From an uncultured Methanosarcinales archaeon (GTDB lineage: Archaea > Nanobdellota > Nanobdellia > Woesearchaeales > ARS49): a stretch of 64,000 bases of DNA. This document shows, piece by piece, positions 1 through 10,439 of the stretch. Both the position numbers and the translations under genes were made by a program. The stretch's first letter is position 1; every line of letters starts with the position of its first letter. Under the pieces are notes generated by a model. The model was not told the DNA's origin. It searched no databases and saw nothing but the letters and a program-made list of their open reading frames with translations. The stretch spans positions 6,018 through 70,017 of the forward strand of contig CAYIEN010000003.1 in the NCBI GenBank assembly GCA_964362535.1, given 5' to 3'.

Positions 1-433
1 CTGCCCAGACAAATACCATTCCTAACAAAATGTAAAATCCACCTAAGACTGCCGTCTTTGGAACACTATGCTCAACTAAAAATGTAACAACTGGCTCAAC
101 TGTGGCAAAACCGGTGATGTGTTGCTCGGCCCAATTGAACGCGTTCAGTTCTCCGAAAGCGCTGAATACTAATGCTAAGATTCCGGGAATAACAAGCATC
201 CAACCAACACTGCGGAACAATTTACTCATGCTTCCCGCAAGGAAACCCATAACGAGAATGCTTAACAGAATTAAGGCAACGCCGATGTAGAATCCATACG
301 GCGAATGAAGCCACGGCTTGACATGCAAATTCCACGCAGTACCTAAGACTCCCAACATCATACCGATGCCGGAGAAAAATCCCAAATGCGCGCCCGTGTG
401 CAACGTGCCGTGACTGAACAGTTTTTCAAGCAT
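1..433 (-). CDS. Partial CDS, hydrophobic membrane protein (5' part; continues beyond window start)
   Basis: Open minus-strand frame from ATG at 433-431 to window edge without stops; translation MLEKLFSHGTLHTGAHLGFFSGIGMMLGVLGTAWNLHVKPWLHSPYGFYIGVALILLSILVMGF... is strongly hydrophobic (multi-TM). Not in ORF track because no stop in window. Confidence 0.4.
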   Translation of the reverse strand, partial: MLEKLFSHGTLHTGAHLGFFSGIGMMLGVLGTAWNLHVKPWLHSPYGFYIGVALILLSILVMGFLAGSMSKLFRSVGWMLVIPGILALVFSAFGELNAFNWAEQHITGFATVEPVVTFLVEHSVPKTAVLGGFYILLGMVFVWA

Positions 434-632
434 TTTATGCCTTGATATTTGTCGATTAATAAACATTACGAGAGAAGGCAAGATTAGGGGATAATGGGGT
501 AAATTGAGAGTGAATGGTGACGAAAAATATCTTAACAATCAGGCAAATCATGCACTTTCTGTTCAGGCAAACCCTCATCATACGCTAAGAGCTTTTCAAA
601 CGCTTCCTTGAGTTTGTCTTTCTTTACTTGCA

Positions 633-1022
633 TCATAACTCCTCAACCTCAGCGCCAAGCTTTTCGTACGCAGCCATCTTGATAACTTTCAAAGATAGTA
701 ATGCACACTTTAATCTAACGGGAGAAATCGGAATGCCTAACATCTTGAGAACGTCTTCTTTGGTGAGCTTCTTAACGTCTTCCAACGATTTACCTTCCAA
801 ATGCTCGGAAAGAAGCTCGGCACTAGCCTGCGAAATAGCACAGCCGTGACCGTCGTGCTTGAGCTGCGTGATGATTCCTTTGCTGACCGTGCCCGTGATT
901 TTAATCATGTCGCCACACAACGGATTCAAGTCTTTCGCCTCAATATCTGGCTCGGACAACGTGCCCTTGAATCGTGGATGACGGTAATAGTCCATGATGA
1001 TCTCAGGATACATCTCGCTCAT
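633..1022 (-). CDS. NifU/IscU/SufU-type Fe-S cluster assembly scaffold protein
   Basis: 129 aa; three conserved Cys contexts (NPLCGDMIKI, GHGCAISQAS, VRLKCALLSL) typical of U-type scaffolds; last gene of suf cluster, stop overlaps next small ORF. Confidence 0.75.
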   Translation of the reverse strand: MSEMYPEIIMDYYRHPRFKGTLSEPDIEAKDLNPLCGDMIKITGTVSKGIITQLKHDGHGCAISQASAELLSEHLEGKSLEDVKKLTKEDVLKMLGIPISPVRLKCALLSLKVIKMAAYEKLGAEVEEL

Positions 1023-2218
1023 AACTTAAACACCTGCTTCGCCTTGACAAGCGCCTTGATGAACAAATCAATATCTTTCTTCGTCGAGTACAGCGCGATG
1101 CTGATTCTCGCCGCCGCGCCGATGTTGAGTTCGTGCATCAACGGCATACAGCAGTGATGGCCTGATCTAATTGCGATGTTGTCTTCGTCGACAACCGTCG
1201 CCAAATCATGCGAGTGAACGTCACCCAAATTGAAACTGATAACTCCTGAGCGTTCTTTCGGACCGTAAATAGTAACCCCCGAAACTGCCTGCATCTTTTC
1301 GTACGCATATGAGATGAGCTCTGCGTCATGCGCCGCGACCTTATCCATTCCAATTTTGTTGAGATAATTAATGGCTGCAGCCAAACCGATTGCTTCCGGA
1401 ATGGCGGGCGTGCCAGCCTCAAACTTCCACGGCACTGCGTTCCAACTTGATTTTTCCAGCGTGACTTCCTTAATCATGTCGCCGCCAAACAAAAACGGCT
1501 CCATCTTGTCAAGCAACTGCTTCTTCGCGTACAGAACGCCCACCGTCGGGGCGAACAATTTGTGACCGGAAAACACGAGAAAGTCAGCGTCCATATCCTT
1601 GACATCAATGGGAAGGTGCGGAATGCTTTGCGATGCGTCAACGAGAACCAATGTGCCGTGCTTGTGCGCTTCCGCGATTAATTCTTTGACGGGGTTGATT
1701 GTGCCCAGCACGTTTGAGACGTGCGTTACTGCGAGAATTTTTGGTTTCTTGGCCAGCAATTTCTTTGCCTCAACCAAATCCAGTGTGCCTTCTTTCGTGA
1801 TGGGAATAAACGAGAGTTTTGCGCCCGTTCGGTGCGCCAACGCCTGCCACGGAACGATATTGCTATGATGCTCTATAACGGTCGAGACGAGAAGGTCGCC
1901 CTTTTTGACGGCAAGATCGCCCCACGAACGACTCACCAGATTAATGGCTTCCGTCGCGTTTCTGACAAACACAATCTCGTTCGGCTGCGCCTTGATAAAG
2001 TCCGCAACGGTCTTTCTTGCTCCTTCGTACCACTCGGTCGCACGCGCACTCCATTGGTAAACTCCTCGATGCACGTTCGCGTTTGTCGTTTCAAGAAAAT
2101 GCTTAACTGTTTTCAGAACAATCTTCGGTTTTTGACTGGTCGCACCGCTATCTAAGTAGACAGTTTTGCTTTTCAAAATAGGAAAATCACTCCGCCACGA
2201 CTTACGCCAAAAGAACAT
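1019..2218 (-). CDS. sufS: Cysteine desulfurase SufS (class V aminotransferase, PLP-dependent)
   Basis: DFPIL...VYLDSGATSQKP N-terminus, HHSNIVPW, SGHKLFAPTVGVLY (PLP-Lys) motifs; ORF-track start 2230 is TTG, first ATG at 2218 preceded by GAGG; overlaps sufD end. Confidence 0.85.
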   Translation of the reverse strand: MFFWRKSWRSDFPILKSKTVYLDSGATSQKPKIVLKTVKHFLETTNANVHRGVYQWSARATEWYEGARKTVADFIKAQPNEIVFVRNATEAINLVSRSWGDLAVKKGDLLVSTVIEHHSNIVPWQALAHRTGAKLSFIPITKEGTLDLVEAKKLLAKKPKILAVTHVSNVLGTINPVKELIAEAHKHGTLVLVDASQSIPHLPIDVKDMDADFLVFSGHKLFAPTVGVLYAKKQLLDKMEPFLFGGDMIKEVTLEKSSWNAVPWKFEAGTPAIPEAIGLAAAINYLNKIGMDKVAAHDAELISYAYEKMQAVSGVTIYGPKERSGVISFNLGDVHSHDLATVVDEDNIAIRSGHHCCMPLMHELNIGAAARISIALYSTKKDIDLFIKALVKAKQVFKL

Positions 2219-2801
2219 CAGGAACCTCAACTTCTTTACGGATTTCTTCCGGAAGCTCGTCCAACAACAAAAAACTGCGAATCAACAATTGGCGCGCTTC
2301 CTTCTCGGACAAACCTCTGGAGGTTAAATAAAAAACGTGTTCGGCATTCAATGGACGGACGGTTGACGCGTGACCTGCAGAAACATCATTTTCATCAATC
2401 TCCAAATTCGGCAACGTGTTCGCCCGCGCATCCACGCTGGCAAGCAACACGTGCTGTGACAATCGAGAGTCTGACTTACATGCGCCTCTCACTATTTTCA
2501 TATTACCAACAACATTCGCCTTTCCATTACCTGTGAGCACGCCACGGACGTCCACACACGCCGTGCTTTCCTCCGCGTTATTGACAACATTGCTCGTGAC
2601 ATCAAACGACTTGTCGCCAACAAACACCGTGAATTCACGATACACACTGCCCTTTCCTTCCAAACGGATGGTGCGCGTCGCGTTCGTGTCTTTCGTGAGC
2701 ACGCTGACAAACAAGAGTTTACCATTGACCGTAATATCATGGTTTTCTCCGTGGTCAATGATTGTTCTTGAGGTATTTGCAGGAACAACAATCGTTGTCA
2801 T
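2202..2801 (-). CDS. sufD: Fe-S cluster assembly protein SufD (short form)
   Basis: 199 aa beta-helix type sequence with C-terminal helical part ([18 protein letters not shown]) paralogous to SufB C-terminus; ATGA overlap with sufB stop; position between sufB and sufS. Confidence 0.7.
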   Translation of the reverse strand: MTTIVVPANTSRTIIDHGENHDITVNGKLLFVSVLTKDTNATRTIRLEGKGSVYREFTVFVGDKSFDVTSNVVNNAEESTACVDVRGVLTGNGKANVVGNMKIVRGACKSDSRLSQHVLLASVDARANTLPNLEIDENDVSAGHASTVRPLNAEHVFYLTSRGLSEKEARQLLIRSFLLLDELPEEIRKEVEVPDVLLA

Positions 2802-4210
2802 CCGACGCTACCTTCCATTTCTAATTCGATGAGTTTGTTGAGTTCAACCGCGTATTCCATGGGAAGTTCTTTGGTAAATTCGTTGATGAATCCGAGAACA
2901 ATCAACGCCTTTGCCTGCGCTTCGTTCAACCCGCGGCTCATCAAGTAAAAGATTTGGTCCTCATTGAGCTTTCCAACCGTCGCTTCGTGCGCAATACTGG
3001 CAGTTTCTTCCTCAATCTTCATCGTCGGATACGTGTCTGAACGTGACAATTCGTCGAGTAACAATGCGTCGCATTGGACCGTGCTGCTGACTCCCGTGCA
3101 TCCTTTTGCAACTCGGATAAGTCCTCTGTAGCTTGTTCTGCCGCCGTCCTTGCTCACTGATTTGGAGATGACTTGTGATTTTGTGTTTTTTGCTAAGTGA
3201 AGAATCTTTGTGCCCGCATCCTGATGCTGACCTTTGCCCGCGAACGCAATACTCAAGATGTTAGCTTTCGCGCCTTCGCCCTTCAAAATGACTGACGGGT
3301 ATTTCATCGTAAGTTTGCTTCCTAAGTTGCCGTCAATCCATTCGACCGTTGCAAATTCGTGGGCCAATGCTCGCTTTGTGACAAGATTGTAAACGTTACT
3401 GCTCCAGTTTTGGATGGTAACGTATCTTACGAATGCGTTTTTGTGTGCAATGACTTCGACAACCGCACCGTGCAACGAATCTGTGCTGTAAACGGGAGCC
3501 GTGCAGCCTTCGATGTACGTGACTGATGCACCTTCGTCAACGATGATGAGTGTTCGTTCAAATTGACCGACGTTCTTCGCGTTGATTCTGAAATAGGCTT
3601 GAAGAGGGAGGTTGACTTTGACGCCTTTCGGAATGTAAATAAATGAGCCACCGCTCCAAAACGCGGTGTTCAAAGCAGCGAACTTGTTGTCGCCTGACGG
3701 AACAACGCTGGCGAAATACTTCTGTACTAACTCTGGCTGTTGCTTCAATGCAGTGTCCATGTCAAGGAAAATAACACCTTGCTTTGCAAGGTCTTCATTC
3801 AGCTTGTGGTAAACCGTCTCGGATTCGTACTGCGCGCCGACGCCGCCCAAGAATTTCTTTTCTGCTTCCGGAATACCCAAACGGTCGAACGTGTTTTTGA
3901 TGTCTGCCGGAACGTCATCCCACGAATGCTCGGTCTTTTCGTTCGGCTTGAGATAGTAAGTGATTTTGTCATAATCAATTTTGGTTAAGTCTCCGCCCCA
4001 CATCGGCGTCGGCTTGTTCACGAAAATCTTGAGCGCTTCCAAACGCTTGTTCAGCATCCAGGCAGGCTCGTTCTTCTGTTTTGAGATTTCTCTTACGACG
4101 TCTTCAGACATTCCTTGCTTCGTTCGAAACACTGCTGTTTCTGCATCGTGAAAACCATACTTTTCCTCATACGACGCGTTAACTGATTGAAGTTCTGTGT
4201 TCTGACTCAC
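2798..4210 (-). CDS. sufB: Fe-S cluster assembly protein SufB
   Basis: 470 aa, highly conserved SufB sequence throughout; GTG start overlapping sufC stop (GTGA). Confidence 0.9.
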   Translation of the reverse strand: MSQNTELQSVNASYEEKYGFHDAETAVFRTKQGMSEDVVREISKQKNEPAWMLNKRLEALKIFVNKPTPMWGGDLTKIDYDKITYYLKPNEKTEHSWDDVPADIKNTFDRLGIPEAEKKFLGGVGAQYESETVYHKLNEDLAKQGVIFLDMDTALKQQPELVQKYFASVVPSGDNKFAALNTAFWSGGSFIYIPKGVKVNLPLQAYFRINAKNVGQFERTLIIVDEGASVTYIEGCTAPVYSTDSLHGAVVEVIAHKNAFVRYVTIQNWSSNVYNLVTKRALAHEFATVEWIDGNLGSKLTMKYPSVILKGEGAKANILSIAFAGKGQHQDAGTKILHLAKNTKSQVISKSVSKDGGRTSYRGLIRVAKGCTGVSSTVQCDALLLDELSRSDTYPTMKIEEETASIAHEATVGKLNEDQIFYLMSRGLNEAQAKALIVLGFINEFTKELPMEYAVELNKLIELEMEGSVG

Positions 4211-4950
4211 ACCGGAACCTCATGCAGCCACGCATACCCTTGCTTTTCGAGCTTTGTTGGCAAGGTTGCGTCGCCTGATTGCGCTATCTTTCCGTCAATC
4301 AAGACATGCACGTGGTCAGGCTTCAAGTGTTCAAGAATTCTGTTGTAGTGCGTGATGACTAAACTGCCGAACGTCGGACTTCTGAGCGTGTTGACCGCGT
4401 GCGCGACGAGTTTCAAGCTGTCAATGTCCAAGCCAGAGTCTGTTTCGTCCAAGACGGCGATTGTAGGTGCGCTGAGCAAGAGCTGCATGATTTCCACACG
4501 CTTCTTTTCTCCGCCAGACAAACCAACATTTAATGCGCGGTCACCGAAACCTTGCGGCAAACCAACCAATTCAAACGCGTTTGCTAACGCTCGTTGGAAT
4601 TCAATTGCCTTCGAATTCGGATGTGTGGCTTTGTACAGCGTAAACAAGAAACTTCGCATTGCGAGACCGGGGATTTCGACTGGGTGCTGGAACGCCAAGA
4701 AGAGACCGAGTTTTGCACGTTCGTCAGGGCTTAATTCGAGAATAGACTTGCCGTCGTAGAGAATGTCTCCACTGGTGACTTCATAACCGGGATGACCTGC
4801 GATGACGTAGCTGAGCGTACTCTTGCCCGAGCCATTCGGACCCATCAGTGCGTGAATCTCGCCCGGCTTAATTGTTAGGGTGAGTCCTTTGAGGATTGCT
4901 TTACCATGCGCGCTGACGTGCAAATTCTTGATTTCAAGTGTTTTGTTCAT
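4207..4950 (-). CDS. sufC: Fe-S cluster assembly ATPase SufC
   Basis: Walker [13 protein letters not shown] signature LSGGEKKR, Walker [13 protein letters not shown]-loop. Confidence 0.9.
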   Translation of the reverse strand: MNKTLEIKNLHVSAHGKAILKGLTLTIKPGEIHALMGPNGSGKSTLSYVIAGHPGYEVTSGDILYDGKSILELSPDERAKLGLFLAFQHPVEIPGLAMRSFLFTLYKATHPNSKAIEFQRALANAFELVGLPQGFGDRALNVGLSGGEKKRVEIMQLLLSAPTIAVLDETDSGLDIDSLKLVAHAVNTLRSPTFGSLVITHYNRILEHLKPDHVHVLIDGKIAQSGDATLPTKLEKQGYAWLHEVPV

Positions 4951-5017
4951 ATGTGCGACCTTTTCGTAGTTAGTTTGATTAGTTCTTTTTTGCGCCCGTC
5001 GCGCTTAAGTAAAAAAA

Positions 5018-5593
5018 TTAAGCGAAAGACTTACCGCAGCCACAGCTTGATTTTGCGTTCGGATTTTCGATTTTGAAACCGGAACCATGCAGGCCATCAA
5101 CGTATTCAACCGTTGCGCCGTTCAACATGTCAAGACTGTCCTTGCTCATGAAAACATTCATGCCGTGCTTCATCAACACAATATCGCCGTCTTTGGCAGC
5201 GTTGTCGAAGTCCATCGAATAGCTGTAACCCGAACAACCGCCTGGAACAACCTCAATACGGAAACCGTAACCTTCCTTGCCTTCAGCCTTTGCAAATTCT
5301 TTCAATTTTGCAGCAGCCTTTTCGGTGACGATGACGTCGCTTGCGATAGGAGTTTTGACCGCTTCGGTTTTCTTTGCGTGTTTTAATTCAACCGCTTCAT
5401 TCATTTCTTTGACCATTTGTTCGATGTCTTCTTCCGACATGCCATGGCCCTTCGCGCCTTGCTCAACGGAGTCCATGCTTGCGCCGTGACAGCCGAAGCA
5501 ATGTAAGCCACGCTCGGCCATAACCATAACTGCTTCCGGATGCTTGTTAGCCAAATCCTGAATGTTCATATCCTTTGTAATTGCTTGCGTCAT
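5018..5593 (-). CDS. Fusion protein: N-terminal DUF1858-like (hybrid-cluster-protein-associated redox disulfide domain) + C-terminal A-type Fe-S carrier (IscA/SufA/ErpA-like)
   Basis: N-term NIQDLANKHPEAVMVMAERGLHCFGCHGA (DUF1858 CxxC signature); C-term GYGFRIEVVPGGCSGYSYSMDFD ... SSCGCGKSF (A-type carrier 3-Cys signature). ORF-track 5' extension (to 5752) overlaps upstream regulator; ATG at 5593 preceded by GGAGGG. Confidence 0.6.
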   Translation of the reverse strand: MTQAITKDMNIQDLANKHPEAVMVMAERGLHCFGCHGASMDSVEQGAKGHGMSEEDIEQMVKEMNEAVELKHAKKTEAVKTPIASDVIVTEKAAAKLKEFAKAEGKEGYGFRIEVVPGGCSGYSYSMDFDNAAKDGDIVLMKHGMNVFMSKDSLDMLNGATVEYVDGLHGSGFKIENPNAKSSCGCGKSFA

Positions 5594-5594
5594 A

Positions 5595-5960
5595 TTACCC
5601 TCCAAAACACGTGTCGCAGTCTTTACCGACATTCGCGACTTTGTGATGAATTTTACACGTTGCTTTTGATTTAACCATACTCGCCAAAATAAGTTGGACT
5701 TCGTAAATAAAGTGCTGCTGATCCGTGATTTTGTTTGCTGCTTTAATGACACTCTCTTTGACCGTCACGTCGAGCTCAATTGTTGAGGCTCGTTTATCGC
5801 TTAAATATTGACTGATGGCTGATTCAGTAACGCCCATCACTTTCGCAATCTTTGTCTGCGACCACTTCAAGACTTTGAACGCCTTCGCGAACTCACGTCT
5901 TAATGCAGGCAAGATGTAAAACACCTCAACTTCCTGCGGATGAAGCAGCTTAATTCCCAT
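5595..5960 (-). CDS. HTH transcriptional regulator with C-terminal Cys/His cluster (possible metal or Fe-S sensing regulator of the suf operon)
   Basis: HTH-like WSQTKIAKVMGVTESAISQYL; C-terminal CKIHHKVANVGKDCDTCFGG; first gene of suf transcription unit, leaderless start 28 nt from TATA at 5984-5991. Confidence 0.5.
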   Translation of the reverse strand: MGIKLLHPQEVEVFYILPALRREFAKAFKVLKWSQTKIAKVMGVTESAISQYLSDKRASTIELDVTVKESVIKAANKITDQQHFIYEVQLILASMVKSKATCKIHHKVANVGKDCDTCFGG

Positions 5961-5980
5961 AACTTTACTATGGTTAAGAA

Positions 5981-5993
5981 GGGTATATAAAGA
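5981..5993 (-). promoter_or_regulatory. Archaeal BRE/TATA promoter (GGGTATATAAAG) for suf regulator/operon
   Basis: TATA-like octamer about 25-28 nt upstream of ATG at 5960; same TTTATAAAG-type box recurs upstream of many genes in window. Confidence 0.5.
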
Positions 5994-6023
5994 TTGTGGA
6001 TGTTGATTTATGAGAAAAGAAAT

Positions 6024-6527
6024 TTATTTACTCGTAACCAACTTCCATGACTTGACAAATCCCGGTGCGTAGAGTTCGGGATGCTTCTTGACGTCTGCAG
6101 TTAACCAACTTACTTTTACCCACTTACCCTGCTTGACTTCCTTGCTTTTTGGTGAGGGTTTGTGATTCGGATTTGCAACAATAAAGATTGCGATTCTGGT
6201 GCGGTGCGTCGGTTCCTCACACAGAACGTGGTCAACAGACATGAGCTCTTTCTCTTCTAGCTTGACTCCGAGCTCTTCCTTCGCTTCTCTGATGATTGCC
6301 TTCACTTCGGATTCGCCATGGTCAACATGCCCCGAACATGAACCTTCCCACTTGCCCGGCTGAATGTCTTTGGTCAACGAACGTTGCTGAATGTAGACCT
6401 CGCCCTTCTTGAACAAGAACACTCGCACAACCGGATGCAACAGCTTCTTCTGGTGCGCATCATCACGAGTAACTGTTCTTAGAATAGTCCCGTTACTGTC
6501 AATAACGTCAACACGCTCCTTTTTCAT
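6024..6527 (-). CDS. NUDIX hydrolase
   Basis: Nudix box GHVDHGESEVKAIIREAKEELGV (Gx5Ex7REUxEExGU). Confidence 0.8.
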   Translation of the reverse strand: MKKERVDVIDSNGTILRTVTRDDAHQKKLLHPVVRVFLFKKGEVYIQQRSLTKDIQPGKWEGSCSGHVDHGESEVKAIIREAKEELGVKLEEKELMSVDHVLCEEPTHRTRIAIFIVANPNHKPSPKSKEVKQGKWVKVSWLTADVKKHPELYAPGFVKSWKLVTSK

Positions 6528-6572
6528 GAAATTCTCTGAACGTTTTGACTTTTTAAGAGTTGTGTATTGTTT

Positions 6573-7433
6573 TTAAGTGCAGTTTTCTGAGCAGGATTCT
6601 TCTTTGAGATTTGGTACAGACACAACATTTTTTGCGTACATGGTAGGCAAATGTTTTGGCGTAAAAATATATTGAACGAGTAAGAAGGAATTGTAAGGTT
6701 CAGGCGTTATTTGGCGTGCCGAAATTACTCCGTATGCAGGCGCTTGATGATAGGGTTTATTAGTTCTATCCTCAAGTGTAATTAGTTCATTTGAGTAGTA
6801 AATTGTTTCTAATGGAGGTTTTACGATTCCAAAGGTTTCAACTTTAAATCTCACTATTTCCCCGGGCTCATAAAATTCTTTATCAAAAGTTACATTAATT
6901 CCACTGAATACGAAAAAAATGATGATTGTGAATGCATAAATGAGCACTAATCCCCAAAAAAGAAGGCAGGACTTTATAATGAGCGGATATATTGCGTTAT
7001 TTTTTAATTTATTAAATAGAAGAGGTGCCGCCGTATGCAAATAAATAAGAGTGGAGGTAAACGTGAAAATGAAAAACAACCAAATATTTAAAATAGCAAA
7101 AACTGCAATGTTCAACAAAACATATAATCCGAAACTCATCACTCCAAGTAAAAAATCAGGGTGGTAAAAACTAACTAAAAGGTCATTTTCTTGTTCTTTG
7201 TTTGTGCTGTGTGTTTTAAGTAGAGGAAATAGCACTGCAACCCAAGCAACAAGACAACATGAAAGTAGAATAGTCGTAATTACTGCAATAATTGAAATTA
7301 AATCTGAGACTGGAGGAGGATAGGTAGATTTTGAAATTTTAAACAAAAATGTTCCAAGGATGAAAATAAGTGTTGAAATCGTGCCAAAAATGGCTGATAA
7401 TTTTCCATTATGTGAATCATTCTCGGAATTCAT
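6573..7433 (-). CDS. Integral membrane protein, function unknown
   Basis: 286 aa with at least 6 predicted hydrophobic helices; no recognisable motif. Confidence 0.4.
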   Translation of the reverse strand: MNSENDSHNGKLSAIFGTISTLIFILGTFLFKISKSTYPPPVSDLISIIAVITTILLSCCLVAWVAVLFPLLKTHSTNKEQENDLLVSFYHPDFLLGVMSFGLYVLLNIAVFAILNIWLFFIFTFTSTLIYLHTAAPLLFNKLKNNAIYPLIIKSCLLFWGLVLIYAFTIIIFFVFSGINVTFDKEFYEPGEIVRFKVETFGIVKPPLETIYYSNELITLEDRTNKPYHQAPAYGVISARQITPEPYNSFLLVQYIFTPKHLPTMYAKNVVSVPNLKEESCSENCT

Positions 7434-7439
7434 TCAGAA

Positions 7440-7754
7440 CTATCCCGCATCGATCATTTCGATTTCGATGTTAAGGCCTTCGGGAATGGGTACTTTCATA
7501 ACAAGTCTTAATGCGCGTTCGTCAATGCCCAAATCAACAAGTCGCTTGTGAATACGCATTTCAAAACGTTCCCACGTGGCAGAACCGTCGCCACACGGGC
7601 ATCTTCGCGTCGCCATTCGCAACTTCTTCGTCGGAAGAGGAATCGGACCACGAATCTCCACACCAGTCTTATCAGCAATGTCTTTGATGTAAGAACAGAC
7701 TTGATTTAACTTGTCAATGTCAGTGCTTGCCAGCTTGATTCTTGCTTTTTGCAT
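7440..7754 (-). CDS. rps10: 30S ribosomal protein S10 (uS10)
   Basis: Characteristic archaeal uS10 sequence [42 protein letters not shown]. Confidence 0.9.
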   Translation of the reverse strand: MQKARIKLASTDIDKLNQVCSYIKDIADKTGVEIRGPIPLPTKKLRMATRRCPCGDGSATWERFEMRIHKRLVDLGIDERALRLVMKVPIPEGLNIEIEMIDAG

Positions 7755-7825
7755 GGGTGTGTGGATGGTGACGCTCGCCTCACCATCAAGGGCACTCGTA
7801 AATGAAAATTAATAATAAAAAATAC

Positions 7826-9109
7826 TTACATTTCTTTCTTAACAAGGTCAATACAGATGCCTGCTGCAACCGTGCTGCCCGAGTCTCGGATTGCGAAGCG
7901 CGACATTTGCGGAATGTCCTTGTTCTTTTCAATACACAACGGCTGCATCGGCTTAAACTTCACGATTGCGGCATCGCCGTTCTTGATAAAGTCAGGGTGT
8001 TCCTGCATTGTTTCGCCCGTTGCCGGGTTAAGCTTCTTCACGATTTCCATAACCTGACATGCAACTTGTGCAGTGTGGATGTGGAAAACCGGAGTGTAGC
8101 CAACCGTGATGACTGACGGGTGGTTCATGACGATAATCTGCGCCGTGAACTCCGTAGCAACCGTCGGAACGCTTGCCGGGTGACCAAGAACGTCTCCTCT
8201 TGCCAAGTCCTTCTTTTCCGGACCTCGCAAGTTGAAACCAACGTTGTCACCAGGTTCTGCTTCGGTAACGACTTCATGGTGCATTTCGATGCTCTTGACT
8301 TCGCCCATCACTCCCTTGCCTTCACGGCCAGGAACGATGATGACCTTGTCACCAGCCTTCAAAATACCACATTCAATCTTACCAACAGGAACAAGACCGA
8401 TACCGGTAATGCTGTAAACGTCCTGCAAAGGCAATCGCAACGGCAAGTTTGTAGGCTTGACCGGAAGCGTCAACATGTCCAATGCTTCAAGCAATGTCGG
8501 ACCCGTATACCATGCCATGTTCGGAGACTTCTTGACGATGTTTTCGCCAAGGAACGAAGCGGCCGGAATGATCTTGACATTCTCAACTTTGTAACCTGTT
8601 GCCTTGAGCAAGGTTTCAACTTGAGCCTTCGTTGCGTTGAACTTGGCCTGGTCGTACTTGTTCAAGTCTTGCTTGTTGCAAAGAACAACAAGTTGCTGAA
8701 CGCCGAAAGTCTTACACAATCGTGCGTGTTCGATAGTCTGTGCCTGAACTCCTTCAGAACCAACGAGCAAAACTGCCGCGTCAGCCTGGGATGCACCGGT
8801 GATCATGTTCTTGATAAAGTCACGGTGTCCCGGAGCGTCGATAATGGTGAAGTCGTACTTCGGAGTTGAGAACTTCTTGTGGCTCAAGTCGATAGTAACT
8901 CCTCGTTCTCTTTCTTCCTTGAGGTTGTCCATGACGAAAGCGAATTCGAAACCGCCCTTACCCATCGATTCTGCCAATTCCTTCAACTTTCGCATTTCTT
9001 GTTCAGGAACTGCGCCAGCGTCGAACAACAGTCGTCCGACTGTCGTGGACTTTCCGTGGTCGACGTGACCAACGAAAACAACGTTCATGTGCGGTTTTGC
9101 TTTTGCCAT
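7826..9109 (-). CDS. tuf: Translation elongation factor EF-1 alpha (aEF1A)
   Basis: [22 protein letters not shown]-domain motifs; full-length 427 aa. Confidence 0.95.
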   Translation of the reverse strand: MAKAKPHMNVVFVGHVDHGKSTTVGRLLFDAGAVPEQEMRKLKELAESMGKGGFEFAFVMDNLKEERERGVTIDLSHKKFSTPKYDFTIIDAPGHRDFIKNMITGASQADAAVLLVGSEGVQAQTIEHARLCKTFGVQQLVVLCNKQDLNKYDQAKFNATKAQVETLLKATGYKVENVKIIPAASFLGENIVKKSPNMAWYTGPTLLEALDMLTLPVKPTNLPLRLPLQDVYSITGIGLVPVGKIECGILKAGDKVIIVPGREGKGVMGEVKSIEMHHEVVTEAEPGDNVGFNLRGPEKKDLARGDVLGHPASVPTVATEFTAQIIVMNHPSVITVGYTPVFHIHTAQVACQVMEIVKKLNPATGETMQEHPDFIKNGDAAIVKFKPMQPLCIEKNKDIPQMSRFAIRDSGSTVAAGICIDLVKKEM

Positions 9110-9162
9110 AGTATGATACCCCTCCTTATGATTATAAGGTAATCAGAGGGGGAAATGGGGGG

Positions 9163-9171
9163 TTTATAAAG
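9163..9171 (-). promoter_or_regulatory. TATA box (TTTATAAAG) for tuf; about 29 nt 5'UTR with GGAGGGG SD
   Basis: Box at 9163-9171; rc CCCCTCC at 9119-9125 gives SD 10 nt before ATG. Confidence 0.45.
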
Positions 9172-9349
9172 CTATCGTTCGCGCTTTCATAAAGCGCGCC
9201 CAAAGTCCTCCTCGTTCACGCTCCGGAACCGATGAGACAAAACGCTCGCTTCGCGATCGTGAAAAAGACTGTTCCCTCGCGCTCACGAAGTCGGACGAGT
9301 TGTCATTTCATTTCCCTTATTTTTTCGGGTGACCTGCTGGTAACGAAAC

Positions 9350-9658
9350 TTACTTTTTATCTGCTTTTTCTTCCCGAATCATGATTTTCGCAACGACAAA
9401 TACGACCAAACCAATGATGATAAAGTTAATCAGAGCGCCCGCGAACGCGCCAGTCCCGAGAACAACTTTACCAATCGTGAAAGTCGCTTCCTGCCAGCCG
9501 CCTGCGGGAATAAACGGAGTAATAATAGGCATCACGATGTTGTTGACTAAGGATTGCACCAATGCAGTTGCTGCACTGCCCATGACGAACGCAATCGCCA
9601 AACCCATCACTTTGTGCTCGTTCAAAAACGCATAGAACGCAAAAAACATTTTTTTCAT
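9350..9658 (-). CDS. mscL: Large-conductance mechanosensitive channel MscL
   Basis: 102 aa, two TM helices, N-terminal FAFYAFLNEHKVMGLAIAFVMGSAATALVQSLVNNIVMP resembles MscL TM1/periplasmic loop. Confidence 0.65.
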   Translation of the reverse strand: MKKMFFAFYAFLNEHKVMGLAIAFVMGSAATALVQSLVNNIVMPIITPFIPAGGWQEATFTIGKVVLGTGAFAGALINFIIIGLVVFVVAKIMIREEKADKK

Positions 9659-9662
9659 AACG

Positions 9663-10109
9663 TCACCCCGTCACTCTGACGACAACCGCTTTATTGTGCT
9701 TGATTAAGTCAGCAGGATTCACTTTGATTAACGCTTTATCAGAACCGCCGCCCGCCCAGCAAAACGGCATGTCTTTGAGTTTAATATCAGCAACAAATTT
9801 TGCTGCGAAGCCTGTCGGAGGAACTCCCCCGACAGGATAGCCTGTTCTTGCAACAACTTCTTCCAGCTTTGCCATTCTGACACCATCGATTTTCAAGTTG
9901 AGACCGAAGCGTGCCATTGAGATACGGTCGTCCCCTCTCACAAGAACTGCATAGAGGTCGTTTTTGCTGTCAATGAAAATGATTGTTTTAACAACCTCAT
10001 TCGGAGGATGCGGACCGTTCATAACATTACCCACAACCATCGGAAACTCCTTCAGCTCGAACGGAATGTTATGTTGCGTAAGATAATCTTTGAGCTTTTG
10101 GACGGTCAT
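9663..10109 (-). CDS. YbaK/ProX-type aminoacyl-tRNA deacylase
   Basis: YbaK-like core (TIIFIDSKNDLYAVLVRGDDRISMARFGLNLKIDGVRMAKLEEVVARTGYPVGGVPP); ORF-track start 10127 is GTG, ATG at 10109 lies about 26 nt from TATTTAAAT box. Confidence 0.65.
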   Translation of the reverse strand: MTVQKLKDYLTQHNIPFELKEFPMVVGNVMNGPHPPNEVVKTIIFIDSKNDLYAVLVRGDDRISMARFGLNLKIDGVRMAKLEEVVARTGYPVGGVPPTGFAAKFVADIKLKDMPFCWAGGGSDKALIKVNPADLIKHNKAVVVRVTG

Positions 10110-10142
10110 TGCGGTTTTTTGTTTCACCGCATTTAAATACCT

Positions 10143-10379
10143 TTGTGCCTTAGCAAGTTTGTGAAAAAGAACTGGTTCGCCGCAAAACGCTACGGATGGG
10201 GATGGACTCCCTCAACATGGCAGGGCTGGTTGATTCTCGTGATTGCAGTTTTGTTAATGGTTCTTTGCATGAGCATTCCGAATATTCCCGCACGAGTTGT
10301 GTGGGTAACGGTTGTTGCTATCGCACTCATCTGGGTTTGTTATCTTAAGGGAGAGAAACCAGGCTGGAGATGGGGATAG
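10143..10379 (+). CDS. Small membrane protein (2 TM), unknown
   Basis: 78 aa, W-rich, two hydrophobic helices; divergent from ProX. Confidence 0.3.
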   Translation: MCLSKFVKKNWFAAKRYGWGWTPSTWQGWLILVIAVLLMVLCMSIPNIPARVVWVTVVAIALIWVCYLKGEKPGWRWG

Positions 10380-10439
10380 TTCAGATTTATTTCTAGAACA
10401 AATAAAAAATTAAAAGAAAAAAATAAAAAAAGAACAGAG

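Noticed and set aside
102-290. 62 aa plus-strand ORF
   Set aside because: Lies antisense inside the partial minus-strand membrane-protein gene (1-433); hydrophobicity and codon pattern favour the minus-strand reading.
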